A stretch of 64,000 nucleotides of DNA from Candidatus Eiseniibacteriota bacterium (lineage in GTDB: Bacteria; Eisenbacteria; RBG-16-71-46; CAVPCR01), in the NCBI GenBank assembly GCA_963702435.1, contig CAVPCR010000001.1:480001-544000 (forward strand), in the 5' to 3' direction. The position numbers and the translations under genes are program-made. The notes beneath the pieces were generated by a model. It was not told where the DNA came from, searched no databases, and was given only the letters and a program-made list of their open reading frames with translations. Shown piece by piece: positions 18,887 to 28,437 of this stretch; the stretch's first letter is position 1; the number at the start of each line of letters is the position of its first letter.

Positions 18887-19639
18887 CTACGGCAGCACCT
18901 TCAGCTTCAGTGCACGCCGCTGCGCGGCGATCACCTTCTTCGCACCGCCGCGGGCGAGCTCGACCAGCGTGGTGAGCTCCGCGGCCGAGAAGGGCGCCGA
19001 GTCGGCGGTGCCCTGCACCTCGACCAGCTTCCCGCTTCCCGTCATCACGATGTTCATGTCGACGCCGGCGATCGAGTCCTCGGCATACTCGAGATCGAGG
19101 ACCGGCGCCCCGCCCACGATCCCGACGCTCACCGCGGCCACGTAGTCGTTGAGCACCGTTTTCTTCAGAGGTCCAGCCTCCCGGAGGTGACGGAGGGCAC
19201 CGGCGAGCGCGACGAATCCGCCGCTGATCGCGGCGACGCGGGTCGATCCGTCGGCCTCGATCACGTCGCAGTCGATCACGATCTGGCGCTCGCCGAGCGC
19301 CTGGAGATCGGCGACCGCCCGCAGGCTCCGGCCGATGAGGCGCTGGATCTCGTGCGTGCGCCCCCCGGCCTTCCCGCGCCAGATGTCGCGGGCGGTGCGG
19401 GTCTGGGTCGATCGCGGCAGCATGCCGTACTCCGCCGTGATCCAGCCGCGCCCGCTTCCCTTCAGGAAGGGCGGCACGCGATCTTCGACGCTCGCCGCGC
19501 AGAGCACCACCGTGTCTCCGAGCTCCACCAGGCACGATCCTTCCGCATAGCGGAGATATCCCGGCCGCAACTTGAGCGGCCGGAGCTCGTTCGCTCCCCG
19601 CCCCCCGGGGCGCCCGGCCGCTGTCTTCTGGGTCGCCAT
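18887..19639 (-). CDS. rph: Ribonuclease PH
   Basis: [50 protein letters not shown]. Confidence 0.97.
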   Translation of the reverse strand: MATQKTAAGRPGGRGANELRPLKLRPGYLRYAEGSCLVELGDTVVLCAASVEDRVPPFLKGSGRGWITAEYGMLPRSTQTRTARDIWRGKAGGRTHEIQRLIGRSLRAVADLQALGERQIVIDCDVIEADGSTRVAAISGGFVALAGALRHLREAGPLKKTVLNDYVAAVSVGIVGGAPVLDLEYAEDSIAGVDMNIVMTGSGKLVEVQGTADSAPFSAAELTTLVELARGGAKKVIAAQRRALKLKVLP

Positions 19640-19694
19640 CCTCCTGCCTTTCTCTCTCGCGTTTACTCGCGCCGCGCCGCTCCCGCGCGTACCG

Positions 19695-19803
19695 CCCCCG
19701 TGCTGCGGCCTCCGTGCTCCCGGAGTCGCACTCCACCTCCGTGCTCCCGCCCCCGTGCTCCCGCCTCCGTGCTCCCGCCCCCGTGCTGCGGCCTCCGTGC
19801 TCC
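19695..19803. repeat. Degenerate 13-bp tandem repeat (~CCGTGCTCCCGCC, ~7 copies) between murI and rph
   Basis: CCGTGCT core recurs about every 13 nt. Confidence 0.85.
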
Positions 19804-20694
19804 TTACATGCTCTCCCCCGCGGGTCCGGTCCGGCCGCCGCCGGCGAGCTCCCGCTCGAACCAGGGCAGATCGGTCTGGTCCACGAGCTCGACCTGGTCG
19901 AGCGGCCGGCCGAGGAAGCGGCCGCCCACGTCGCGGAAACGGGCCGGGATATCGCTCACGTAGAAAGCGCAGGTGCCCCCGGCACCCGGCGCCTCCTCCC
20001 CTCGCGCCGTTGTTTCCGGCGCCAGATGCGCCGCCACCTCGTGCGCCACCTCCGCCGCCGAATCGACGAGCACGACCGGCTCACCCGCGAACACGCTCGC
20101 GATGTCGTCGCGGAGGACCGGGTAGTGCGTGCACCCGAGGACGAGCGTATCGATGTGCGCGGCGCGAAGCGGCGCGAGGTACTCAGCCGCCACGGAACGC
20201 GTCACCGGATGATCGATCCAGCCTTCCTCGGCGAGCGGCACGAAGAGCGGACAGGCGACGGCGCTCACCTCCGCCGACGGCAGGAGGGCGCGGATCGCCT
20301 GGTCGTAGCTCCCGCTGGCGACCGTGCCGTAGGTGCCGATGACCCCGATCCGCCCGCTCCGCGTGGCGGCGACCGCGGCCCGCGCGCCCGGCTCGACGAC
20401 CCCGATGATCGGGATCTCGAACTGCCGGCGCAGGGTGTCGAGCGCCACCGATGACGACGTGTTGCAGGCGATGACCACGAGCTGGACGCCCTGGTTGAGG
20501 AGGAAGTGGGTGTTCTCGACCGAGAAGCGGCGGACGGTGGTCGCCGACTTGGTGCCGTACGGGACGCGCGCGGTGTCCCCGAAGTAGACGATGTCCGCGG
20601 CCGGGAGGCGCCGGCTGAGCGCCCGCACCACGGTGAGCCCGCCGATCCCCGAATCGAAGACGCCGATCGGAGCGCGGGCACGGCGAACGGTCAT
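19804..20694 (-). CDS. murI: Glutamate racemase
   Basis: [35 protein letters not shown]. Confidence 0.97.
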   Translation of the reverse strand: MTVRRARAPIGVFDSGIGGLTVVRALSRRLPAADIVYFGDTARVPYGTKSATTVRRFSVENTHFLLNQGVQLVVIACNTSSSVALDTLRRQFEIPIIGVVEPGARAAVAATRSGRIGVIGTYGTVASGSYDQAIRALLPSAEVSAVACPLFVPLAEEGWIDHPVTRSVAAEYLAPLRAAHIDTLVLGCTHYPVLRDDIASVFAGEPVVLVDSAAEVAHEVAAHLAPETTARGEEAPGAGGTCAFYVSDIPARFRDVGGRFLGRPLDQVELVDQTDLPWFERELAGGGRTGPAGESM

Positions 20695-21296
20695 GGCGCA
20701 TTCTCCTCCCGATGGTCGGAGAGCCACTCGTCGCCGACCAGGGGCGCATCGAGCGCGAAGTGGCCGGCGAGCGTGGGCTCGGGCTTGCCCTCGATCAGGA
20801 TCTCGACCGCGGTGAGCTCGCTGAAATTGAGACGGATCGTGCGCACGAGGGCGGCGATCGTGGCGTACTCGCTCTCCATGTCACCCGGCTGGCCGCTCGC
20901 GATCTCCCGCGAGAGGTCGATCGTGACGAGCCCGCCGCTCGTCGTGAACACGTGGCGGAGCGTCGTGCCCGGCGGAACGGCCGGCGCATGTCCGGCCAGC
21001 GATCCGGCCAGTTCCTCGGCGACGACCGCCCTGACCTGCGCGGCGAGGTTCGCCATGACGGGCACCTCGCGCGCCTCGCTCACGATCTCGCCGCGCGCAT
21101 CGCGGAAGTGGAGGGCGAAGGCGCGCGACGCCGCGCCCGCGCCCTGGCGCTCCGCCGGGTCGGCCGCCTTCCCCCCGCCGAGGCCGCGCAGGCCGGCGAT
21201 GATGAAGGCGAGCGCGAGGACGAAACCGATCCCCGCGACGAGGAAGCGAAGTCCCTTCGTCTGCGGCCGCTGCCGCGGCGTCGCGGGCGCGCTCAT
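20691..21296 (-). CDS. GerMN domain membrane protein
   Basis: N-terminal TM; PPGTTLRHVF...VTIDLS...E...I.ALV.TI..NF.....V.ILIEG....TLAGH. Amidase-GerMN-murI-rph synteny. Confidence 0.85.
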   Translation of the reverse strand: MSAPATPRQRPQTKGLRFLVAGIGFVLALAFIIAGLRGLGGGKAADPAERQGAGAASRAFALHFRDARGEIVSEAREVPVMANLAAQVRAVVAEELAGSLAGHAPAVPPGTTLRHVFTTSGGLVTIDLSREIASGQPGDMESEYATIAALVRTIRLNFSELTAVEILIEGKPEPTLAGHFALDAPLVGDEWLSDHREENAP

Positions 21297-22729
21297 CGGC
21301 CGCCCTCCGCCCCGCGCCGCGCCGCTCGCCCGGTCGGCCCGGCCCCGGGCTCGCCGGCGCCGAGCCAGTACCGGCGGATGCCGGCGGCGATGGCCTGGGC
21401 GTTGCGCTCGAGGAGCTCGCCGCCGGCCAGCGCATCCCCGGAGGCGCCGCGCGGCGGCCCGAGCTCGATCAGCACGGCCGGCATGTTCGCACCCTCGAGC
21501 GGCCACAGCGGACGGCGGGTGAGCGGAGGCGACTCCCCGGAGCCGGCCCTGACCGCCTCCGCAATAATCTGCGCAAGATAGTAAGATTCGACGCCGCGCT
21601 CCGATCCGGCGGTCTCCCAGCGCTTGAAGCTCAGGGTCTCGCGCACGTCGGTCGCGGCGACCGCGCCGGCGACGAAGGGCCGGAGGTCCTCGGACACGAC
21701 CTGGCCGCCGCCCGGCCGGACCGTGAGCCGGAAGCGGCGGGCCTGCGCTCCGCCCCGGAGGTCGGCGTGCAGGCTGACGAAGAGATCGGCGCCGGTCGAG
21801 TTGGCGATCTCGACCCGGCGCGGCACCTGGATCTGCTCGTCCCGCTCGCGCACGAGGACCACCTTGAACCAGCGATCGCGCTCGAGATGGCGGGCGATGC
21901 GGGTGGCGAGCTCGAGCGTGAGGTGTTTCTCGAGGAGACCGCCGGCGGCCCGCGTGCCGCGATCCTCGCCACCGTGGCCCGGATCGAGAACGACCAGCGC
22001 GGGCCGCAGCGCGGAGGCCGGCGGGGGCGTGCCGAGCGAGTCCGCACCCGGCGGCAGGCCGTCCGCCGTCTCCGCCCCCGGCGCCGGCGGGCGCCCGGAC
22101 GCGGCGCCGAGCGCGAACGTGCGGCCGTCGCCGTCCCAGCTCGCGAGCGGCACCGCCCCGGCGACGGTGAGGATGTCGAAGACGGCGACCGGTACCCACA
22201 TCTGCGCGTCCCGGAAACGCGGCGGGGCGGCCAGGCGATACACCTGGCCGTCGAGGAGCACGAACGGGTTGTCCGCGCTCAGGGTGAGGCGATGGTCCTC
22301 GATGCGGAGGAGGAGCTTGCGCGTCTCGCTGCGCCAGTAGGACGTCGCGCGCGTGATCTCGATCACATCGCCGGCGGCGAAGCACGGGACATTGCCGTCG
22401 AAGGTGCGGAGCGGAACCTGCCGCTCGCCGCGGCCGTCGGCAAAGGTGACGCGCGCCACCCCGGCCCCGCCGGCGGCGGGCGGAGACGCCGCCCTCGCAT
22501 GCAGGCCGGCAGTCGCCGCGATCACGAGCGCGGCGCCGGCCACCACGAGCCCGCGCACGAGAGGCGAGCGCGAGAGAAGCGCACGCGGGAGATGCCCACG
22601 GGGGAGAGGCGCACGCGGGCCGCGCTCTGGGGCACGGTGATCCATCGCCGGCGGAGCGGCGCCGCGATCCATCGCCGGCGGAGCGGCACCGCGATCCATC
22701 GCCGGCGGAGCGGCACCGCGATCAGTCAC
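21293..22729 (-). CDS. N-acetylmuramoyl-L-alanine amidase (Amidase_3)
   Basis: VVLDPGHGG.D, EK, R...AN...ADLFVSLHAD, MPAVLIELG. Start uncertain: GTG 22729 or an ATG within the repeat. Confidence 0.88.
   Translation of the reverse strand: MTDRGAAPPAMDRGAAPPAMDRGAAPPAMDHRAPERGPRAPLPRGHLPRALLSRSPLVRGLVVAGAALVIAATAGLHARAASPPAAGGAGVARVTFADGRGERQVPLRTFDGNVPCFAAGDVIEITRATSYWRSETRKLLLRIEDHRLTLSADNPFVLLDGQVYRLAAPPRFRDAQMWVPVAVFDILTVAGAVPLASWDGDGRTFALGAASGRPPAPGAETADGLPPGADSLGTPPPASALRPALVVLDPGHGGEDRGTRAAGGLLEKHLTLELATRIARHLERDRWFKVVLVRERDEQIQVPRRVEIANSTGADLFVSLHADLRGGAQARRFRLTVRPGGGQVVSEDLRPFVAGAVAATDVRETLSFKRWETAGSERGVESYYLAQIIAEAVRAGSGESPPLTRRPLWPLEGANMPAVLIELGPPRGASGDALAGGELLERNAQAIAAGIRRYWLGAGEPGAGPTGRAARRGAEGGR
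22639..22723. repeat. 27-bp tandem repeat x3 (DRGAAPPAM) at the amidase start
   Basis: GATCCATCGCCGGCGGAGCGGCRCCGC at 22639, 22666 and 22693. Confidence 0.92.
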
Positions 22730-23234
22730 CGGCCGCCCTCCGCCGGTTCCCGCGACCGCGGAGCACGCGATCGACCTCCCGATCGGCGTCCCGCTTGGCC
22801 ACGTCGGCCCGCTTGTCGTAGAGCTTCTTGCCGCGTGCGAGCGCGAGCTCGACCTTGACGTGGCCGTCCTTGAAGTAGAGGCGCGTCGGGATGAGGGTGA
22901 GCCCCTTCTCGACGCTCTTGCTCTTGAGGCGGATGATCTCGCGCTTGTGCATGAGGAGGCGGCGCTTGCGGCGCGGTTCGTGATTGAAACGGTTCCCTTG
23001 CTCGTAGGGAGCGATGTGGCAGTTGTAGAGGAAGACCTCCTCGTTCTCGATGGCGCCGTAAGCATCCTGCAGGTTGGCCGCCTTCTGGCGGAGCGACTTG
23101 ACCTCGGTGCCGACGAGCGCAACGCCGGCCTCGAACCGCTCGAGCAGATGGTAGTCATGCGCCGCTCGGCGATTCGAGCTGATGAGCTTGATCCGCGGTG
23201 GGGCGTTGCTCGCGGGAGCTGCGGTACGGGGCAT
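22722..23234 (-). CDS. smpB: SsrA-binding protein
   Basis: NRRA.HDY...E.FEAG..L.GTEVKSLR, NHEP.R.R.LLMHK.EI, ARGKKLYDKR. Confidence 0.97.
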   Translation of the reverse strand: MPRTAAPASNAPPRIKLISSNRRAAHDYHLLERFEAGVALVGTEVKSLRQKAANLQDAYGAIENEEVFLYNCHIAPYEQGNRFNHEPRRKRRLLMHKREIIRLKSKSVEKGLTLIPTRLYFKDGHVKVELALARGKKLYDKRADVAKRDADREVDRVLRGRGNRRRAAGD

Positions 23235-23969
23235 GGCGGTTTCTGTTTCCTGGCCAGCGCTGCGCGACCTCGCGCGAGCGCCCCGGCCCTCGCGAGCCGT
23301 GTGCAAGGGGAAGGATGACTCCGGGAAAACTAGCACCGGCCCCGAGGAGCGACAAGAGGCTTGGGATGCGCGCAGGGCGCGTGGAGGACGCGGGCGCGTG
23401 GGGCGCAACCCCCGAGACCCTCCGGATGCTCCTCGCCGCCGCCCGCGCCCGGCAGTCTGGCCGTCGAGGAGTTCGACCCGGTCACAGCGCGCCCGACGGC
23501 TGCTCAGCTTCACGATCTGGTGTTGATCTTCTGGCCGATGACCTCCTGACCGAAGGCGCCGGTGACGGCCTGGAGTCAGAGCGTTTCCGCGGCGACTGCC
23601 TGCCGGCATCAGCGTGCGTGTGCCTGCGGTCGAGTCGGCTCTGCGCGCCTGTGAACGAGCATCCCGGCAATCTGCTCCAGGTCGACGCGATCCGCCGCGG
23701 GATGAAGCCGGCCGATGCCCGACGCTTCCTCCACTGGTAACGAAGTTGTCGAAAGTGAAAACGGCGAGCGCACTCCGGCAAGATGGATGGGGACGCATGC
23801 GTCGATGATGCTCGAGAATCGACTCTCAGCACACGAGAGGTCCTCCCCCGCACAGCGGCACGATTCGTGCAGTGTGTTCTAGCCCCGGCGTTGGAGCGAC
23901 GTTACTTGACTCGAGAGGCAGTGGTCGTCCTGCTGGGCATCGGGGAAGAGCTGCGCCCGGGGCGGGGCG

Positions 23970-24273
23970 AGTTCACAAGACCCGACAGCGTTTGCTGCGG
24001 GGGCGAGGTGCCCAGGCGAGGCGATCGCGTTCAGCGCTTGGACGAACCCGGCTGGCCGAAAAGTTCACATGACCCGACAGCGTTTGCTCCGGTGGACGAG
24101 GTGGCCAGGTGGGGCGATCCCCGTCCAGCGCTGGCGCCGGAGATCGCGGCCGTAGATCTGCGCCGCGGCCTCCGCCGTCACAGGAGATCCGGCCGACGGA
24201 ACAGTTTTCACATGACCCGACAGCGTTTGCTGCGGTGGACGAGGTGGCCAGGTGGGGCGATCGCGTCCAGCGC
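23970..24273. repeat. Three imperfect ~69-bp direct repeats (23970, 24062, 24205), non-coding
   Basis: Consensus TTCACATGACCCGACAGCGTTTGCTGCGGTGGACGAGGTGGCCAGGTGGGGCGATCGCGTCCAGCGC. Confidence 0.9.
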
Positions 24274-24439
24274 AGAGGGATCCCGGCCACGCGGGGACGT
24301 CCGCGTCCGGCGCTGAGGAGCGCGAACCCCCGCCGCCAGAACTCCGTCCCCGTGCGAGTGGGAGCGAGGGCGAGGCAGCGCCCTCGAGGATCGCCTCCTT
24401 ATGCTTCGGACTCGCCCAGAGCGGCTCCAATACGCGCTC

Positions 24440-24468
24440 TTTACAGCGGGCGGAAGCGATCCTATACT
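24440..24468 (+). promoter_or_regulatory. Sigma70-like promoter of tRNA-Leu
   Basis: TTTACA-N17-TATACT. Confidence 0.75.
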
Positions 24469-24483
24469 TCCCCTTCCGTCGGT

Positions 24484-24570
24484 GCGGAAGTGGCGGAATT
24501 GGTAGACGCGCTAGGTTCAGGGTCTAGTGGGCGCAAGCTCGTGGGGGTTCAAGTCCCCCCTTCCGCACCA
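24484..24570 (+). tRNA. tRNA-Leu(CAG)
   Basis: GCGGAAGTGGCGGAATTGGTAGACGCG, CTAGG-TT-CAG-GG-TCTAG, long variable arm, CCA. Confidence 0.97.
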
Positions 24571-24638
24571 AAACACTCCACGGTCCGTCTCCCACCCCGC
24601 CAGCTTCGTGTTCACGGACCCGCTCCACCCTCCGCAGC

Positions 24639-25199
24639 ATGAGCGATCGACCCGCTGGCCCGGTGCCCGGGCCGCCCACCCCCCTTCGCATCCGCGCGAT
24701 CACGCCTGCAGACCGCGCCTGGATCGCGTCCCTGCTCGTCGCCCACTGGGGTTCCACGGTGATGGTCACGCGCGGGCGCCGGCACGAAGCGGGCGATCTC
24801 GCCGGCTTCGTGGCGGAGGTGGACGGTGAGCGCCGCGGGGTCCTCCTCCATGCGCTCGCGCAGCCGAGCGATCCGGCCGCAGTCCGTGGACAGCCACCGC
24901 CGGCCGACGAGCTCGAGGTCGTGCTGCTCGAGTCTCTCGTCGAGCGGCGCGGCACCGGGAGCGCTCTCCTCGCCGCCGCCGAGGAGCTGGCCCGCGCCCA
25001 CGGCGCGCGGCGGATCTGGCTCGTCACCACCAACGACAACCAGCCGGCGATCGACTTCTACACGCGCCGGGGCTACCGGCTCGTGGCCATCCACGCGGGA
25101 GCGGTCACCGCCGCGCGCCGCCTGAAGCCCGAGATCCCGGCGCGCGGCCTGGGTGACGTGCCGATCACCGACGAGATCGAGCTCGAGCGGCGGCTGTAG
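24639..25199 (+). CDS. GNAT family N-acetyltransferase
   Basis: RRGTGSALL acetyl-CoA motif; WLVTTNDN.PAIDFY.RRGY. Confidence 0.9.
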   Translation: MSDRPAGPVPGPPTPLRIRAITPADRAWIASLLVAHWGSTVMVTRGRRHEAGDLAGFVAEVDGERRGVLLHALAQPSDPAAVRGQPPPADELEVVLLESLVERRGTGSALLAAAEELARAHGARRIWLVTTNDNQPAIDFYTRRGYRLVAIHAGAVTAARRLKPEIPARGLGDVPITDEIELERRL

Positions 25200-25337
25200 C
25201 GGGCGCCTGAGAGCAGCGCGGATGCGCACGCACGCACTCGCGGCACCTGCTCTCGCAAGCGCCGGCGGCGGGTGGGCGCGGCCGGTCATGGAGGGAGAAC
25301 CGGCCTGCCCGCCCGCCGCCAGCCCGAGCTCACGCGA

Positions 25338-26027
25338 TCACTCGCGCTCGAGGCGGTGACGTACCTTGATCTCGCCCCACGTCGCGTCCTCGACCGCGGT
25401 CGTGCAGTGATTCGATCCGGCCGGCGTCGGAGCGCAGCCGTTCCCCTGCGGCACGGCGCCGCCCGAGTACGGGTTCAGCGCATCGAACAGCTCCCAGATC
25501 GGACCGCCGTCCGGGCGACGCCCGGACGAGCGATCATCGTCCGCCTCGTGGTCCGCATACGTGTGCTGATCCACGAGCACGGTGTCGGTGGCGGTCACCT
25601 GCCAGAGGACGACCGTGTCACCGGAGTTGGCCAGCCGGAGACCGAAGGCGCCGACCCCGTTCGCCTGCTGCCACGTCTTCGAGGTGCTGCCGTAGACGAC
25701 GATCCGCCCTTCGACCGCCAGCGTCCCGGTGAAGCCGTACGCCCACGCGCGATCGAGATCCCCGATGCGGAGCCCCGTCAGGTCGACGGGCGCCGCGCCG
25801 GTGTTCACGATCTCCACCCACTCGTCGTCCACGGCGTCGATGAGCGCATCCCCGTTCCAGTCACGGGCCGGATCGGCGAGCATCTCGTTCAGGGCGACGG
25901 TGGGCGTGGCTGCAGCGGGGCCGACCACGGCGAGCGCAGCGGCCCCGAGCAGCAGCGCGGCGGCGCCGCGCACGAGCCGGCAGCCGGCGAGACCAGGTGC
26001 ACCTGCGTAACGGAACTGAGCGAGCAT
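25338..26027 (-). CDS. Secreted lamin-tail-domain protein with TWGEIK tail
   Basis: Signal peptide; LNEMLADP..D.NGD...D..DDEWVEIVN.G...VDLTG..IGD, LANSGD.V.L, S.GR.PDG, PTP..SN; ends AVEDATWGEIKVRHR. Confidence 0.85.
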   Translation of the reverse strand: MLAQFRYAGAPGLAGCRLVRGAAALLLGAAALAVVGPAAATPTVALNEMLADPARDWNGDALIDAVDDEWVEIVNTGAAPVDLTGLRIGDLDRAWAYGFTGTLAVEGRIVVYGSTSKTWQQANGVGAFGLRLANSGDTVVLWQVTATDTVLVDQHTYADHEADDDRSSGRRPDGGPIWELFDALNPYSGGAVPQGNGCAPTPAGSNHCTTAVEDATWGEIKVRHRLERE

Positions 26028-26123
26028 GAGAGACCCTCCGAGCGCGGAGACAGCATGAAAGCCGGGGAGGTATGGCGCGAGGAGGGCGCCGGGGCGCCGG
26101 GAACTGACGATCGGGCGCCGCGC

Positions 26124-27092
26124 TCAGGCGGCGACTGTCTTCGCGGCCGCGACGATGCGAGTTCCGTGCCGGCCGGCGAGGGCGAGCCCCAGCACGCGCG
26201 GCGACGTGATGATGGCCTCGCGCCCGCCGGCGGCCAGGAAATCGACCGCCGCCTCGATCTTCGGGCCCATCGAGCCGGCGGGGAACTCGCCGGCCGCGAG
26301 ATAACGCTTGGCCTCGCCGGCGGGGAGCACGTCGAGGTCCTTCTGGTGAGGGGTCTGGTAGCCGATGGCGACGCGATCGACGCCGGTCACGATGACGAGC
26401 ACGTCGGCGCCGACCGTGCGCGCAAGGACCGCGGCCGAGCGGTCCTTGTCGATGACCGCCTCGACTCCGATGAGCGTGCCGTCGTCCTTCCGGACCACCG
26501 GAATGCCGCCGCCCCCGGCGGCGATGACGACGACGCCGGCCTCGACGAGAGCGCGCACGGTGGCCGACTCGATGATCTCGAGCGGCCGCGGTGACGGCAC
26601 GACCCGCCGGTAGCCGCGGCCCGAATCCTCGATCATCTGCCAGCCGCGGCTCGCGCGCAGGCGATCGGCGGCCTGCCGGCGATAGAACGGCCCGATCGGC
26701 TTGGTCGGCGCCGCGAAGGCGGAGTCCTGCGGGTCAACACGCACCTGGGTGACCACGGTGGCGACCTCCCGTTCCTGGCCGGCGCGCCGGAGCGCATTGC
26801 GGAGCACCTGCTGGATCATGTAACCAATCCCGCCCTGGGAGTCGGCGCCGCAGATATCGAGCGGCATCGGCGCGATCGTGTCGCGCGCCGCCTCGTTGCG
26901 GAGCACGATGTTGCCCACCACCGGCCCGTTCCCGTGGGTCAGGACGAGGCGGGTCGTGGCGTCCAGTTCGGCCACGACCTGCCCCATGGTGGTCTCTGTG
27001 ATGGCGATCTGTTCTTCGATCGTGCCGGCCCCCTCCGGCGGAATGATGGCATTGCCGCCGAGGGCGACCAAAAGGGTGCGGGGTCGGATCAT
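26124..27092 (-). CDS. arcC: Carbamate kinase
   Basis: VALGGNA, THGNGP.VG, PTKPIGPFY, RRVVPSP.P, GGGGIPV, VIDKD, GSMGPK. Confidence 0.96.
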   Translation of the reverse strand: MIRPRTLLVALGGNAIIPPEGAGTIEEQIAITETTMGQVVAELDATTRLVLTHGNGPVVGNIVLRNEAARDTIAPMPLDICGADSQGGIGYMIQQVLRNALRRAGQEREVATVVTQVRVDPQDSAFAAPTKPIGPFYRRQAADRLRASRGWQMIEDSGRGYRRVVPSPRPLEIIESATVRALVEAGVVVIAAGGGGIPVVRKDDGTLIGVEAVIDKDRSAAVLARTVGADVLVIVTGVDRVAIGYQTPHQKDLDVLPAGEAKRYLAAGEFPAGSMGPKIEAAVDFLAAGGREAIITSPRVLGLALAGRHGTRIVAAAKTVAA

Positions 27093-27254
27093 GGGGTCCC
27101 AACGTGACGGGGATGATCGCCGGTGCGGTTCGCGCGGAACCGCACCGGCGAGGTGCACTCTCTGCGATCGATTCGTCTGCTTCCGGCGCGGTTCGCGACC
27201 GCCGCCGGCGCGGGCGCTGAGGGGCGGTCCTCGTCGCCGCCGCCCCGGGGGCGC

Positions 27255-28424
27255 TTATGCCCGGATGGCTCCCATCACCTCGCCCGCCTTCTCGAGCGCC
27301 AGCTGGATGTTCTCGATCGAGTTCGCGTACGAGAACCGCAGGTACCCCTGCCCGGCCGGCCCGAACGCCGTTCCAGGGAGCGTCGCCACGCCTGCTTCGT
27401 TAAGCAAGAGATCGGCCAGCTCCTGCGAGGTCTTACCGATCTTCGTGATGTTCGGGAAGACGTAGAAGGCTCCCTGCGGCGTGAGACAGCTCACACCCGG
27501 GATCTCGTTCAATCCCTTGACGATCACGTCGCGGCGGCGGCGGAACTCGGCCTTCATGGCGTGCGCTCCGTCCTGCGGACCGGATAGCGCTTCGACTCCC
27601 GCGCGCTGGGTGAAAGTCGCCGTGCACGAAGTGGCGTTGATCTGCAGCTTGGCGATCTGCGGCGCCAGCCAGTCGGGGAAGATGCCGTAGCCGAGCCGCC
27701 AGCCAGTCATGGCATAGGTCTTCGAGAACCCGTCGAGGATGATCGTGCGATCGAGCATGCCGGGCTCGGCCGCGATCGAATGGTGCTCGGCATCGTAGAG
27801 GATGTCGGAGTAGATCTCGTCCGAGAGGACGATCAGGTCGCGCTGGCGGACGATCTCGGCGATCGCGGCCAGATCGCCCTTCGTGAGGACGCCACCCGTG
27901 GGGTTGTGCGGTGAGTTGAGGATGATGAGGCGGGTCTTGTCGTTGACGAGATCGGCAAGCTCGTTGACATCCAGCCGGAACCCCCGCTCCTCGCGCAGGC
28001 GGATCGGCCGCTTGGCGGCGCCGACGAACGCGATCATGGATTCGTAGATCGGGAAGCCCGGATCGGGATAGATGACCTCGTCCCCGGTGTTGATGAGGGC
28101 GAGGATCGTGAAGTACATGATCGGCTTCGCGCCCGGGGTGACGACCACGCGGGCGGGGTCCACCTTGAGGCCCCGCGTGCGCTCGATCCGCTTGACCACG
28201 GCGTCGCGCAGCTCGGGCAGCCCGGCGGCCGGCCCGTAGTGCGTGTAGCCCTGCTTCAGCGCAGTGATGGCGGCCTCGGTGATGTTCCCCGGGGTGTCGA
28301 AATCCGGCTCTCCGATCTCGAGATGGATGATCTTCCGGCCCTTCGCCTCCAGGGCGCGAGCCTTCGCCAGCACGTCGAACGCCGTCTCCGTGCCCAGGTT
28401 CCGCATGCGGTCGGCAAGTTGCAT
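27255..28424 (-). CDS. PLP-dependent aminotransferase class I/II (AspAT-like)
   Basis: IGEPDF.TP, NSPHNPTG, SDEIY, GFSKTYAMTGWRLGY. Confidence 0.93.
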   Translation of the reverse strand: MQLADRMRNLGTETAFDVLAKARALEAKGRKIIHLEIGEPDFDTPGNITEAAITALKQGYTHYGPAAGLPELRDAVVKRIERTRGLKVDPARVVVTPGAKPIMYFTILALINTGDEVIYPDPGFPIYESMIAFVGAAKRPIRLREERGFRLDVNELADLVNDKTRLIILNSPHNPTGGVLTKGDLAAIAEIVRQRDLIVLSDEIYSDILYDAEHHSIAAEPGMLDRTIILDGFSKTYAMTGWRLGYGIFPDWLAPQIAKLQINATSCTATFTQRAGVEALSGPQDGAHAMKAEFRRRRDVIVKGLNEIPGVSCLTPQGAFYVFPNITKIGKTSQELADLLLNEAGVATLPGTAFGPAGQGYLRFSYANSIENIQLALEKAGEVMGAIRA

Positions 28425-28437
28425 GCCCAAGCCTCCT

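Noticed and set aside
23970..24273. Triple repeat as CRISPR or integron attC array
   Set aside because: Unit ~69 bp with very unequal spacers, no RYYYAAC/GTTRRRY ends, no cassette ORFs, no cas or intI.
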